Of a stretch of DNA of 64,000 bases, positions 11,103 to 20,475 are shown piece after piece. The stretch spans positions 160,001 to 224,000 of the forward strand of contig CAVYSE010000018.1 in assembly GCA_963771075.1 (NCBI GenBank). Direction: 5' to 3'. Below the pieces are notes generated by a model. It was not told the origin of the DNA. It made no database searches and was given only the letters and a program-made list of their open reading frames with translations. The DNA is from a candidate division FCPU426 bacterium (GTDB lineage Bacteria; Oederibacteriota; Muellerivitia; Muellerivitales; Muellerivitaceae). The position numbers and the translations under genes were made by a program. The first letter of the stretch is position 1, and each line of letters begins with the position of its first letter.

Positions 11103-11131
11103 TTTATTGGCCAATAAGCCTGTGCTAAAAT
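11103..11131 (+). promoter_or_regulatory. Sigma70-type promoter for tRNA-Gln
   Basis: tttatt-N17-taaaat with an extended -10 TG. Confidence 0.5.
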
Positions 11132-11168
11132 TCCCGCCCTGTTGATCTGTTCTTTCAGGTCAATCGAT

Positions 11169-11242
11169 TGGGAGATCGTCTAACGGTAGGACAGCAGATT
11201 CTGGATCTGCTTATCTAGGTTCGAGTCCTAGTCTCCCAGCCA
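11169..11242 (+). tRNA. tRNA-Gln (anticodon CTG)
   Basis: Acceptor TGGGAGA/TCTCCCA, anticodon arm GCAGA-TTCTGGA-TCTGC, GGTTCGAGTCC T-arm, encoded CCA. Confidence 0.97.
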
Positions 11243-11357
11243 TTTTTTATCATTAACATTAATTGAAAAACCGGCTTGCCCTTCAATTCGAGAAATAAGT
11301 TCTAAATATGTATCTGTGAAGGGCAGCCCCATTTCAAATATAAAATTTAAATAAAAC

Positions 11358-12083
11358 TTAAGCACTCCATTGAGTAGAAAAATCCCCTTGAACGGCGGTG
11401 GGGCCCGAGTGGATCAGGCGGCTTTTCATATCCGCCCAGATTTCCCCACCCACTGCCAGCCAACGCCTGCAAAAACTGTAATCCTCGCTTAAATACTCTC
11501 CCGTTTCAGGGGCGATCATGCAATTGAAAAGGGCGCCGGTTTCACCTTCTGATCCCTTATAAAGAAGCTCCGGGTATTTTTCGATCATGAGCGTTAGGGC
11601 TTCCCGTTTCAACATGAGAAAACCGGTGCCCGCATAGCGAACCCGGACGAAATCGTTTCGGGTTTCAACCATTCCGGGCTTTTCGGGGTCAAACACATAG
11701 CTCAGCGCCGCCTCGTCGGGACGGTTTTTTCCTTCTAGAACCAGGGCCTTCAGCTTTTGGGGGTCCAGCCACTTATGGGGATAAATGGCAGCGGTGGCCG
11801 GGGTATCGAAATCAAGCAAACGAAAGACCTGTTCAGGCTTGAACCCAATATCCCCGTCGATGAAAAGCAGGTGGGTGGCGCCGGGCTTGGCCATGAACCG
11901 GGCCGCCAGGTCCTGCCGGGCCCGGGGAATCAAGGCGTCACCGGGATGGGCCCAGACCTCCAATGCCACGCTCTTTTTTCGGCAGGCGGGCTGGAGTTGG
12001 AGCATGGAATTGATGTAAAGGCTGGAAAGTTTCCCCTCCCAACAGGGGGTCGCCACCACCAGATGAATCTTAGGATCGCTCAT
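11358..12083 (-). CDS. GT-A-fold glycosyltransferase-like protein (paralog 2)
   Basis: VATPC, LIPRAR, HLLFIDGDI (DxD), GTGFLM, SEDYSFCRRW and GGEIWAD motifs. Confidence 0.7.
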   Translation of the reverse strand: MSDPKIHLVVATPCWEGKLSSLYINSMLQLQPACRKKSVALEVWAHPGDALIPRARQDLAARFMAKPGATHLLFIDGDIGFKPEQVFRLLDFDTPATAAIYPHKWLDPQKLKALVLEGKNRPDEAALSYVFDPEKPGMVETRNDFVRVRYAGTGFLMLKREALTLMIEKYPELLYKGSEGETGALFNCMIAPETGEYLSEDYSFCRRWLAVGGEIWADMKSRLIHSGPTAVQGDFSTQWSA

Positions 12084-12766
12084 GCCTGGACCCCCTGGAT
12101 TCCCAAGTGGACCAACCGGCTCTGGGTATCGGCCCAGATCTCTCCGCCCATCTCCGTCCAAAGCCTGCAAAAGCTCTCGTCCTCGGGAAGGTACCGATGG
12201 TTGGGTCCGTCGATTTGGCAATTGAAGAATGAGTAAAGATAACTGCTGTTCTTAAGGGGATTCATGGGACTGGACCCGCCGGAATACTTCAACTGGGGGT
12301 ATTTCTGCATCATCGCCAAAAGGGCTTGCCGCCGAATCATTAAAAAACCCGCCCTGGCGAAGGGAACTTTTACGAACTCTTCCTTTGAATCTGGAACCGT
12401 CTTGACTTCAGCTTGGGGGACTAGGGGCAAAGACCCGGGCTTGTTCGGATAAGGAGCTGAAACGATATCCTTCCCGATATGTAAAAGCCTAAAGACCTGG
12501 CGGGGATCAAAACCGATGTCCGAATCGATAAATAGAAGATGGGTGGAGGTGGGGTCTTCCAGAAAACAAGCGACGATATTTTGGCGAGCCCGGGTGATGA
12601 GGGCATCCCCCCAAAGGGTCAAAACCGTCAGGTTGACCCCGGAACGGGCGCAATTTTCCTCAAGTTGGAGCAGGGAGGTGAAGTAAAGGCTGGTGGCCTG
12701 GCCGCCATAACAGGGGGTGCCGATGTAGAGATGGATGGGGCCAGTAGAATTGACGCTTTGATTCAT
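12080..12766 (-). CDS. GT-A-fold glycosyltransferase-like protein (paralog 1)
   Basis: IGTPCYGG, LITRAR, HLLFIDSDI, EDESFCRLW and GGEIWAD; ATGA overlap with paralog 2. Confidence 0.7.
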   Translation of the reverse strand: MNQSVNSTGPIHLYIGTPCYGGQATSLYFTSLLQLEENCARSGVNLTVLTLWGDALITRARQNIVACFLEDPTSTHLLFIDSDIGFDPRQVFRLLHIGKDIVSAPYPNKPGSLPLVPQAEVKTVPDSKEEFVKVPFARAGFLMIRRQALLAMMQKYPQLKYSGGSSPMNPLKNSSYLYSFFNCQIDGPNHRYLPEDESFCRLWTEMGGEIWADTQSRLVHLGIQGVQA

Positions 12767-12805
12767 ATGTGGGAACACCCTTTCGGCTAATCAATGGCAT
12801 GTAAC

Positions 12806-14650
12806 TTACACCATTTGGTTCTTTTTGGCTTCCAGTTCCTCCCAACGTTTGAAAAGGACCTCAACTTTGGCTTGTTCTGCCTCCACTTTCTTCTGTTCCT
12901 CCAATAATTTGGCGATGTCGGTGCCGATTTTTGGATCTTCCAAACGGGCTTTGGCGGCCTTTAGGGTTTGTTCAGCAGTGTGGATGGCCGCGTCCATCCC
13001 TTCCAATTCCTTCTGTTCCTTGGCGGAGAGAGCTTTTTTTACTTTGACAGGGGAAGTGAAGGGTACGGAATCGGTTTTTTTGGTAATGGGAGCCGGGTTG
13101 GTCTTGGAAAGTTCTCTCGCCCTTTGTTCCAGCCGGAAATCTTCCCACTGGGACAGGTCGGCGAAAAAGTCAGCGTTCCCCTTGCCGTCCAAAGCCAAAA
13201 TTTGGCGGCTCACCCGCCCCAGCAGGTAGCGGTCATGGGTGACTAAAACAAGGGCGCCGGGGAATTCCATCAGGCTTTGTTCCAGCACTTCCAGGGAAGG
13301 GATGTCCAGGTCGTTAGTAGGCTCGTCGAGCAGGAGCAGGTCGGCGGGTTTTATCATAAGCCGGGCGATCAGGACTCGGCTCTGTTCCCCGCCCGAGAAG
13401 CGGCTCAAGGGGCGCTCCAACTGGTCAGGAGAGAAAAGGAAGCGGCTGGCCCAACTGGCCACATGGATGGGTTTTTCCCTGAAATAGACGTAATCGCCCT
13501 TCTCGCAGAGGGCTTCCCGGAGGGTTTGTTTCAAATCCAACTGGTCGCGGTGCTGGTCAAAGGTGACGACCCTCAGTTTTTCCGCCTGTTTGACCGTGCC
13601 CGTATCGGGGGTGATTTCACCCGCGAACAATTTCAACAAGGTGCTCTTTCCACTGCCGTTCTCGCCCAAAAGCCCCAGCTTGTCACCGGGAGTCAAAAGT
13701 ATATCCAAAGGTCCGAAAAGTTTTCGCCCCCCCAAGGTCTTGGCTACCTTAGAGGCGGCCACCAGGCGCTGGGTTTCCCGGTTGGAGGAGGTGAAGTCGA
13801 TATTGACGTTCTTGCCCTGGGAATTGCGGTATTGAAGCTCATCCAGCTCCCCCATCAGCTCCCCGGCCCGGTCGATGCGGGCCTGTTGCTTGGTCTGGCG
13901 GGCCTTGGGCCCTCGGCGCAGCCACTCAATTTCCCGGCGCACCTGGTTGGCCACCGTGTCCTCGCGCTTGGCCTGGGCGCCGAAGAGGTTTTCGCGCTTT
14001 TCCAAGAAGTCGGTGTAATTGCCCTGGTTGCTGAAGTAACCCTCGGGGTAGCGCTTGTTCAGCTCGATGATGCGGTTGCCCACCCGCTCCAAAAAGCGGC
14101 GGTCATGGGTGACGACCACAAAGGCGAATTTCAGGTTTTCCATGAAACCCTCGAGCCAGAGGACGGCTTCCATGTCCAGGTGGTTCGTGGGCTCGTCCAA
14201 TAGAAGCAGGTCGGGTTCCCGTAAGACCTGGGTGAGGATGGCGAGGCGCTTGCGCCAGCCTCCCGAGAGTTTCGAGACTTCCTGGTCGGGCAGGGTGAAA
14301 CCCGCGTCTTCCAGGCCCTGGTCGACCCGGATGTCCATCTCCCAATCCTCCAATCCCAAGCCTTCGAGGCCTTGGAGGAGGGCGTCCCGGACCGTGAGAC
14401 CTTGGTCGGGATCCTCAAAGCGGTCTTGCTGGGACAGATAGCCCACCCTCAACCCCTTACGCTGGGAAACCAGGCCCTCATCTTGTTTTTCCACGCCCGC
14501 CAATATCTTCAAGAGGGTGGATTTGCCGGTGCCATTGGGTCCGATCAAGCCGGTGCGTTCGCCCTCGAACAAGCCGAAGGAAAGTTTCTCGAAAAGGGGT
14601 CGGGCGCCGTAGGTTTTCGATAGGTTTTGACAGCTGACCAGTATTCCCAA
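12806..14650 (-). CDS. uup: ABC-F family ATPase (Uup-like)
   Basis: Two ABC cassettes (GPNGTGKST/LSGG/LLLDEPTNHLD and GENGSGKST/FSGGE/DEPTNDLD), WLRRGPKAR linker, C-terminal coiled coil ending RWEELE. Confidence 0.9.
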   Translation of the reverse strand: MGILVSCQNLSKTYGARPLFEKLSFGLFEGERTGLIGPNGTGKSTLLKILAGVEKQDEGLVSQRKGLRVGYLSQQDRFEDPDQGLTVRDALLQGLEGLGLEDWEMDIRVDQGLEDAGFTLPDQEVSKLSGGWRKRLAILTQVLREPDLLLLDEPTNHLDMEAVLWLEGFMENLKFAFVVVTHDRRFLERVGNRIIELNKRYPEGYFSNQGNYTDFLEKRENLFGAQAKREDTVANQVRREIEWLRRGPKARQTKQQARIDRAGELMGELDELQYRNSQGKNVNIDFTSSNRETQRLVAASKVAKTLGGRKLFGPLDILLTPGDKLGLLGENGSGKSTLLKLFAGEITPDTGTVKQAEKLRVVTFDQHRDQLDLKQTLREALCEKGDYVYFREKPIHVASWASRFLFSPDQLERPLSRFSGGEQSRVLIARLMIKPADLLLLDEPTNDLDIPSLEVLEQSLMEFPGALVLVTHDRYLLGRVSRQILALDGKGNADFFADLSQWEDFRLEQRARELSKTNPAPITKKTDSVPFTSPVKVKKALSAKEQKELEGMDAAIHTAEQTLKAAKARLEDPKIGTDIAKLLEEQKKVEAEQAKVEVLFKRWEELEAKKNQMV

Positions 14651-14868
14651 GGGTATCAACTTTCGATTGGGGATGAACAAGGGGGCTAAGAATAACGGCA
14701 CACAGCGCAAATGAAAAGGGCTGTTTCGTTAATCCTCATATTCCGGAACCCCTTTCGAAATGAGGATAAAGATGTGCTGGGCAACACTTCCCGTTGGCTT
14801 ATGCGTCCAAACCCCATGAGTTATGAACCCTGGTGGAACTGGGTTCCTCAAATCCTGGAGGGCAAAAC

Positions 14869-15513
14869 ATGAAGAAATTAATGAGTTTGGCTGGTTTGGG
14901 CGCATTGTCCTTATTTTTGATGATGGGAGGGGTCAAAACTCTCCATGCGGACGAACCGGCTCCCGGCGACAACAACGGACCCGGTATGATGGAAAAGGGC
15001 CATGATTGGGGCAAGGGCGGTCCGGGCGGTATGTGGAAGGAAAAATTGGGTTTGACCGATGATCAGGTCGCCAAGATGAAAGAACTGATGAAAAAGCAGA
15101 TGACGGAGACCCAGCCCCTGCGTGACCAGATGAAAGTCGACATGGATACTTTGAAGCTCAAGGTCGACGCCAAGGCTTCGGACGATACGATCAAGATCCT
15201 TCTGGACAATCTCTCGGCGGACAAAAAGAAACTTCAGGCCAAGCGAGAGAGCTTCATCGAACAGGCCAAATCCATCCTGACACCTTCCCAGCAGGCGAAG
15301 TTCTTGATGAGCATGAAGGGACATGGCCGTTGGGACCGTGGTGAACGAGGTGGCTGGTGTGGCGGGGATAAAATGAGAGGCGGTTGCATGGGCAAGGACG
15401 GGAAGGAGTGCCCGATGATGAAGGGGAAGGATGGCGGTATGGCAAAACATAAAGGCCGCATGGACAAGGATGATGACGACTCCTCCCCCGCTGATTCGAA
15501 GGCCTCCAAATAA
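14869..15513 (+). CDS. Spy/CpxP-family periplasmic chaperone
   Basis: Signal peptide; LGLTDDQ and ILTPSQ (LTxxQ) motifs; GGAGG RBS. Confidence 0.8.
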   Translation: MKKLMSLAGLGALSLFLMMGGVKTLHADEPAPGDNNGPGMMEKGHDWGKGGPGGMWKEKLGLTDDQVAKMKELMKKQMTETQPLRDQMKVDMDTLKLKVDAKASDDTIKILLDNLSADKKKLQAKRESFIEQAKSILTPSQQAKFLMSMKGHGRWDRGERGGWCGGDKMRGGCMGKDGKECPMMKGKDGGMAKHKGRMDKDDDDSSPADSKASK

Positions 15514-15547
15514 ATAAAACTTTCCTCCTGCTGGGAAAGCCTATCGC

Positions 15548-15584
15548 ACGCCTTCCAGGCCCATCCTGGAAGGCGTTTTTTTTT
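15548..15584 (+). terminator. Rho-independent terminator
   Basis: acgccttccagg-cccat-cctggaaggcgt followed by a long T tract. Confidence 0.9.
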
Positions 15585-15617
15585 ATTATTAAGAATTTGC
15601 GCTACGCCTCGTCAGTT

Positions 15618-15968
15618 TCATCTGATTTTGATGACCGTGATGCCGGAGTTATTACGGTTGAGGTCTTGATCGTTCCTTACTTCAGGGTATTTGGAGTACC
15701 ACTGAAGGTAGGTCGTGTCGGTCACTTTCCAGTCAGTGCCCAGAATCCATCCCCTGAGCAGTCCTTTCTTGCCCCAGTCGGGTAATTGGGTCTTCACCGC
15801 CCGCTTGATCTTGCCGCCCCGGCCCGTGCTACCCCAGCCGTGGATCACTTTCACGAAAACAACGCCCCGGGACTTGGCGGACTTTAAGCCCGAAACCAAT
15901 TTTCCCAGAGCTTCCTCGGTGGTGGGGAACCCTTCCTCGATATTCAAGAGTTCAAATAATTTCGGCAA
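15618..15968 (-). CDS. Stand-alone Smr-domain protein
   Basis: VKVIHGWGS.G.GG and N.GIT motifs; GAGG RBS before the TTG start. Confidence 0.8.
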   Translation of the reverse strand: MPKLFELLNIEEGFPTTEEALGKLVSGLKSAKSRGVVFVKVIHGWGSTGRGGKIKRAVKTQLPDWGKKGLLRGWILGTDWKVTDTTYLQWYSKYPEVRNDQDLNRNNSGITVIKIR

Positions 15969-16009
15969 GGGACCTCGTTTTGTTTAGGGGATTCAAACCA
16001 TATTTTTAT

Positions 16010-16074
16010 CACCAAGACACCAATGGATTCCATTTTTGGAACAATTTAAATCTTTTTGTCTTGGTGTCTTGGTG
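16010..16074. repeat. 14-bp perfect inverted repeat element
   Basis: caccaagacaccaa (16010-16023) and ttggtgtcttggtg (16061-16074). Confidence 0.8.
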
Positions 16075-16101
16075 GAGGAAGGTATTTTTTTAGAGTTTTT
16101 A

Positions 16102-17067
16102 TCATTTAAAGGGTATTTCGCCACTGGCTTCATCCAATCGAATGATTACGGAAGGTTCCAGCTTTAATCGGGTGGATTCCACCATTTCCTTTAATTGCTC
16201 TAGTGTAGTGGCACTGACAATCGGAGCCGTAATGCTGCGGCGGGCCAGGAGCCAAGCCAGGGCCACGGTGCCGGGTTTGGATTGCAGGTTTTGGGCGGTC
16301 TCGTCTAGCGCTTTTAATATGCGCAATCCCCGCTCGTTCAGGTATTTCTTCACGATACCGGGCCCCCGGAGGCTCTTGGAAGCGTCTGACTCGGAACGGT
16401 ATTTGCCTGTTAAAAAACCAGCCGCCAGTGAAAAATAAGGAATCACTCCCACCTTTTCTTTCAGGCAGAGAGGCTCCAGTTTGGATTCGAAATCAATCCG
16501 CTCATAAAGGTTGTAATGCGGTTGAAGGCTCTCATAACGGGGATAGCCCATTTGAACGCTGACTTTCAGGGACTCCGACAACCTATCAGGACTGAAATTG
16601 GAGGCTCCAATAACTCGAACCTTTCCTTCTTTTACCAATTGGGAATAGGCCCCTAAGGTTTCTTCAATGGGCGCATTGGGGTCGTCATGGTGGGATTGAT
16701 ATAGGTCGATGACATGGGTTTGGAGACGTTGGAGTGAATTCTCGACCTGCTTTAAGATTTGAGCTTTGGCAAGGCCCTTCTCGCCTGGCCCCATTTCAGA
16801 GGCGACCTTGGTGGCGAGGATCACCTGGTTTCGGTTCCCGCGTGTCTTCATCCATTTGCCCAGGATGGTTTCCGATTCGCCTCCTGGGTGGCCTTCTACC
16901 CATCGTGAATAGCTGTTGGCGGTGTCGATGAAGTTAAAACCGGCATCCATGAAAGCGTCCAATAGTTTGAAAGAAGTGGGTTCGTCCACGGTCCACCCGA
17001 AGATGTTCCCCCCGAACATGAGGGGGGCGACTTCCAAGGCGGAATTTCCCAACCTGCGCTTATCCAT
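16102..17067 (-). CDS. Aldo/keto reductase
   Basis: FIDTANSY, SETILG, ATKV, SLQRLQT..IDLYQ.H and IGASNF motifs. Confidence 0.93.
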   Translation of the reverse strand: MDKRRLGNSALEVAPLMFGGNIFGWTVDEPTSFKLLDAFMDAGFNFIDTANSYSRWVEGHPGGESETILGKWMKTRGNRNQVILATKVASEMGPGEKGLAKAQILKQVENSLQRLQTHVIDLYQSHHDDPNAPIEETLGAYSQLVKEGKVRVIGASNFSPDRLSESLKVSVQMGYPRYESLQPHYNLYERIDFESKLEPLCLKEKVGVIPYFSLAAGFLTGKYRSESDASKSLRGPGIVKKYLNERGLRILKALDETAQNLQSKPGTVALAWLLARRSITAPIVSATTLEQLKEMVESTRLKLEPSVIIRLDEASGEIPFK

Positions 17068-17228
17068 TCATTCCTCCGGGGCATAGAGTTTTATTGATGA
17101 ATGATATTAACCACGACAGCCGGGGTTTCAAGGGAGGAAGGTATTTTCAGCCCCCCGGGAACTAAAAAAACATATAATTAGTGCCGGTTTGGCGGTTTTG
17201 AGGAACCGCAATTATTTACGAGGTAACC

Positions 17229-18035
17229 ATGAAAAAAACCATTTTTGTTTTCACTATCCTGTTTTGCGTCGTGGGAGGCGTATTCGCAACCACCGCTGAG
17301 GAGTTTTACGTCGCGGGGCTGGAAACCTTTAAGAACGCGGATTACGACAAGGCCATCCGTTATTTCCACGCGGCTCTTTTGGAAAAGCCGGAATATTGGC
17401 AGGCCTATCAATTCATGGGAGAGGCGTACTACCAGAGCGGAAATCGCACCGAGGCCTTGGTGGCCATCAATGAGAGCTTGCGCCTCCATCCCGACAATCC
17501 GGAACTGCGGCATTTTGCCTCCCGGGTTGAAGCCAATAGTCCTTGGATTCCCTCGGGTTCACTTTCCTTGAGGGATAAGCTGTCGCTCATCTCCATCCTC
17601 CTATCCCTCGCTACCTTGGCATGGGTTTCCTACTGGGTTTATTGGCTGCGTCCCGGCGAAATTATTACTTTCTTGTTGAATTTCACCGAACAGGAATCAA
17701 ACGGCCTCGTATCCCAGGTTGCGGTTGATTTCACGGCCTTCAATTCGGGTAGTCGCCCCGCCCAATTCGTGGGTTACAGCATCCGCAAGGCCAACAGCAA
17801 GGCATGGGAAAACTGGAAATATTTCGAACCGCCCGTCCTTTTAAGCGCTCCGGACAGTCGAAAAGTGCTTCATTTGGCCTTTTCCCAAGTTCGCGAGCAG
17901 GTGAGCGGAATACAGTTTGGAGATGGGGGAAACAAACGCTGGGCTTTGACAACAAAGCAGGTCAAGGCCATGAATGGGGCCATTCAAACAATTGGAAGAT
18001 CCAAAAAAGATATGCCGAAGGCGGTTTTAGGCTGA
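17229..18035 (+). CDS. Membrane-anchored TPR protein
   Basis: Signal peptide, TPR-like helices, single TM segment (LSLISILLSLATLAWVSYWVYWL). Confidence 0.65.
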   Translation: MKKTIFVFTILFCVVGGVFATTAEEFYVAGLETFKNADYDKAIRYFHAALLEKPEYWQAYQFMGEAYYQSGNRTEALVAINESLRLHPDNPELRHFASRVEANSPWIPSGSLSLRDKLSLISILLSLATLAWVSYWVYWLRPGEIITFLLNFTEQESNGLVSQVAVDFTAFNSGSRPAQFVGYSIRKANSKAWENWKYFEPPVLLSAPDSRKVLHLAFSQVREQVSGIQFGDGGNKRWALTTKQVKAMNGAIQTIGRSKKDMPKAVLG

Positions 18036-18081
18036 CCCTTTGAAAAACCAAACAAGGGGAGAGAAATAGTGAGGGCGTGGG

Positions 18082-18279
18082 ATGGAATGCACCCAGAAAT
18101 CCAACAAGAAGAATTGCACCTGCACCTATGATTGTGAACGCCGGGGAAAATGCTGCGATTGCGTGGCTTTCCACCGGGATAACGGTGAACTTCCAGGCTG
18201 CTTTTTCTCGCCCGCCGATGAGGCGGTCTACGACCGATCGATCGCCTTTTTTATGCGCTGCCGATCACGTGTAAACTGA
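18082..18279 (+). CDS. Small Cys-rich protein (DUF6485-like)
   Basis: CTCTY.C.RRGKCC.CV..H...ELPGCFF...YDRS pattern. Confidence 0.7.
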   Translation: MECTQKSNKKNCTCTYDCERRGKCCDCVAFHRDNGELPGCFFSPADEAVYDRSIAFFMRCRSRVN

Positions 18280-18566
18280 CTTTAATTCAAGTATCCAAGT
18301 CATTTCTTTCCTTCCAAACAAAACCATGCGGTTAGAAAGCGTTTTTTTGGCTATGAAGGAGGTTATTCGTGAAACCTTTATGCGGGTAAAGGAAAAGTTG
18401 TGAGGTAACCCTACCCAAACCAAATGAAATTCTTCGCCTTTCCCCAAGGTTGGTATAAAATCCCACCTTGCCGGGGATAGGGGAAATTGAGTCGGAAGAG
18501 CGTGAAAAGTTTCAGTTTCACTTTTAACCCTGAAATTCGGTCTACTTTTACTTCAAGGAGAAAATC

Positions 18567-19235
18567 ATGGTTCAGTTTACGCGTATCTTTTCGCTGTTAG
18601 TGGCGGGAATGTTGGTGTTCGCCGGAAATTTACGGGCCGACGATAAGGCTGCGGCGGTTACGCCCCAGGCGACTCCCGCTGCCAACGTTGCTCCAGTTTC
18701 GACGCCGGTCGCCAAGCCGGCCAAGGCCGATAGCCCGACCGTGGCGGCCATGAAGGCGGCCATCGCGTTGGCGGAAGCCGGCAAGACGGATGAAGCCATC
18801 GCGGCCTACGAGAAGATCGGCGTGCTGAAATCAACCAAATCGGAAGCTTGGCGCCTGAATAATGAGGGCTTGGCCTATCTGATCGCCCCGACTCCCCAGC
18901 CGGATAAGGCCGTACCCTTGTTGGAGAAGGCCACCACCACCGATGACACCAACTACATGGCCTGGAACAACCTGGGAAGCGCCTATGTGCAGACTGACTC
19001 CTGGGACAAGGCCAAGGACGCTTTCCAAAAGTCCATCGATACGGCCAAGGCCGCGGATGCCAGCTCCGCCAAGGCAGAAGGCAATCTCGCGGACCTTCAA
19101 AAGAAGATGGACAATCTCGCGGCTGTGATCGCCAAGAAGAATGCCAAGAAGGGTGGGACTAAACCCGCCGCCAGCAAGACTCTTGCGGCAAGTACCACGC
19201 CTGTTGCCGCCAGCACCACACCCGCCGCCAAGTAA
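18567..19235 (+). CDS. Exported TPR protein
   Basis: Signal peptide, AWNNLGSAY TPR unit, AAGGAG RBS. Confidence 0.8.
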   Translation: MVQFTRIFSLLVAGMLVFAGNLRADDKAAAVTPQATPAANVAPVSTPVAKPAKADSPTVAAMKAAIALAEAGKTDEAIAAYEKIGVLKSTKSEAWRLNNEGLAYLIAPTPQPDKAVPLLEKATTTDDTNYMAWNNLGSAYVQTDSWDKAKDAFQKSIDTAKAADASSAKAEGNLADLQKKMDNLAAVIAKKNAKKGGTKPAASKTLAASTTPVAASTTPAAK

Positions 19236-19251
19236 ACTAACTGGGTGATGG

Positions 19252-19274
19252 AAAAGTCCTTAAAACGGACTTTT
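19252..19274. terminator. Probable bidirectional terminator
   Basis: aaaagtcc-ttaaaac-ggactttt between convergent genes. Confidence 0.55.
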
Positions 19275-19296
19275 TAGAAGCCTGCGAAGTTCTTTT

Positions 19297-20475
19297 TTAT
19301 AAAAGGCCCTGTCCGCTTTCAGCGGGCGGGGCCTTTTTTTGTGGCGAGGTAATAGGGTTATTTTTTGTGGAGGATTTGTTTTTGGGCTTGGAATGCCGGT
19401 AGACCTTCTCGTCGCTGGGCAGGGTGATGCCGATCTGGGCGGCCGCCACCCCCATGGTTCCCTTCATTGGGATGAAGTAAACGGGGATGTATTTCTTGGA
19501 ATGGACCCGGCCTCGGTCATCCATGTGGTAGACGTAAAGCACCTGGTTATGCTTGAAGGGCTGACCGATGGGGATGATGATACGGCCCCCATGCTTAAGC
19601 TGGTTGAACAGGGTAGGCGGTACGAACTGGGCCACGCAAGTGAACATAATAATGTTAAACCCTCCCGCATCCGGCCAGCCGTAATAGCCGTCCCCGACCC
19701 TTGTATGGACGTTGCTGTATCCCAGGGGCTTGAAGATGTTGGAAACGGCCTGGCCCAGGGGCTTGATGATCTCGATGGAATAGGCGTCTTTGACCATGCG
19801 GGAAAGCAGGGAAATGTTGTAACCGCTTCCGGTCCCGATCTCCAAAACTTTGTCCTTGGGCTGGGGGTCCGCCAATTGGGCCATATAGGCCTGGCCCTCG
19901 TAATCGCTTAAGGCCGAACCCCAGCCTAGCGCGAAAGTTCGGGGAGGATACTCATAGGCGGTATTGGAAAAGTCGTTTCCCCCTTGGTAGTCATAATGAA
20001 AATACTCCCGGGGAAGCTCCCCGAAGGCCTTCATCACCCTGGGGTCGGCCCAGCCGAATTTGCGCCAAAGGTAGCGGCGGATATCCTTCAACATGGCCGG
20101 TTTGCGGTCTTGGACCTTGGCGAATTCCGAGGCGGTCAGGTGGGTGGCCCTTCCGCTTTTTTTGAAGGCCTTCAGGTATTTCTTGTAGGTCCAATCTGCC
20201 TTGACCGTTACCGGCATGTTAGCCGTTGGGTCCGCGGGCTGGCTGATGGGTGTGGTTGCCGCGGTTTCCGGGGTCTGCCCCAAAGCAGCCGTTTGGCTTG
20301 CGGGAACTTCCTGGCTTACCGGGACGCCTTGAATCGCAGGTGTTTCTTGGTTCGCGGGAGCTATCTGGTTCGTAGGAGCCGTTTGGCTCGAAAGAGTTTC
20401 CTGCCCCAAGCTGGGCCGGTTAAGTCCGGTTAATAGGGCAATCAAAAGAAAGGCAGCCGCCCGGTTCGTTTTCAT
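19297..20475 (-). CDS. pcm: Protein-L-isoaspartate O-methyltransferase family protein with signal peptide and low-complexity N-terminal extension
   Basis: PRE.F, VLEIGTGSGY, SIEI, GDGYYGWP, L..QLK.GGR.IIPIG and FIPM motifs. Confidence 0.8.
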   Translation of the reverse strand: MKTNRAAAFLLIALLTGLNRPSLGQETLSSQTAPTNQIAPANQETPAIQGVPVSQEVPASQTAALGQTPETAATTPISQPADPTANMPVTVKADWTYKKYLKAFKKSGRATHLTASEFAKVQDRKPAMLKDIRRYLWRKFGWADPRVMKAFGELPREYFHYDYQGGNDFSNTAYEYPPRTFALGWGSALSDYEGQAYMAQLADPQPKDKVLEIGTGSGYNISLLSRMVKDAYSIEIIKPLGQAVSNIFKPLGYSNVHTRVGDGYYGWPDAGGFNIIMFTCVAQFVPPTLFNQLKHGGRIIIPIGQPFKHNQVLYVYHMDDRGRVHSKKYIPVYFIPMKGTMGVAAAQIGITLPSDEKVYRHSKPKNKSSTKNNPITSPQKKAPPAESGQGLL

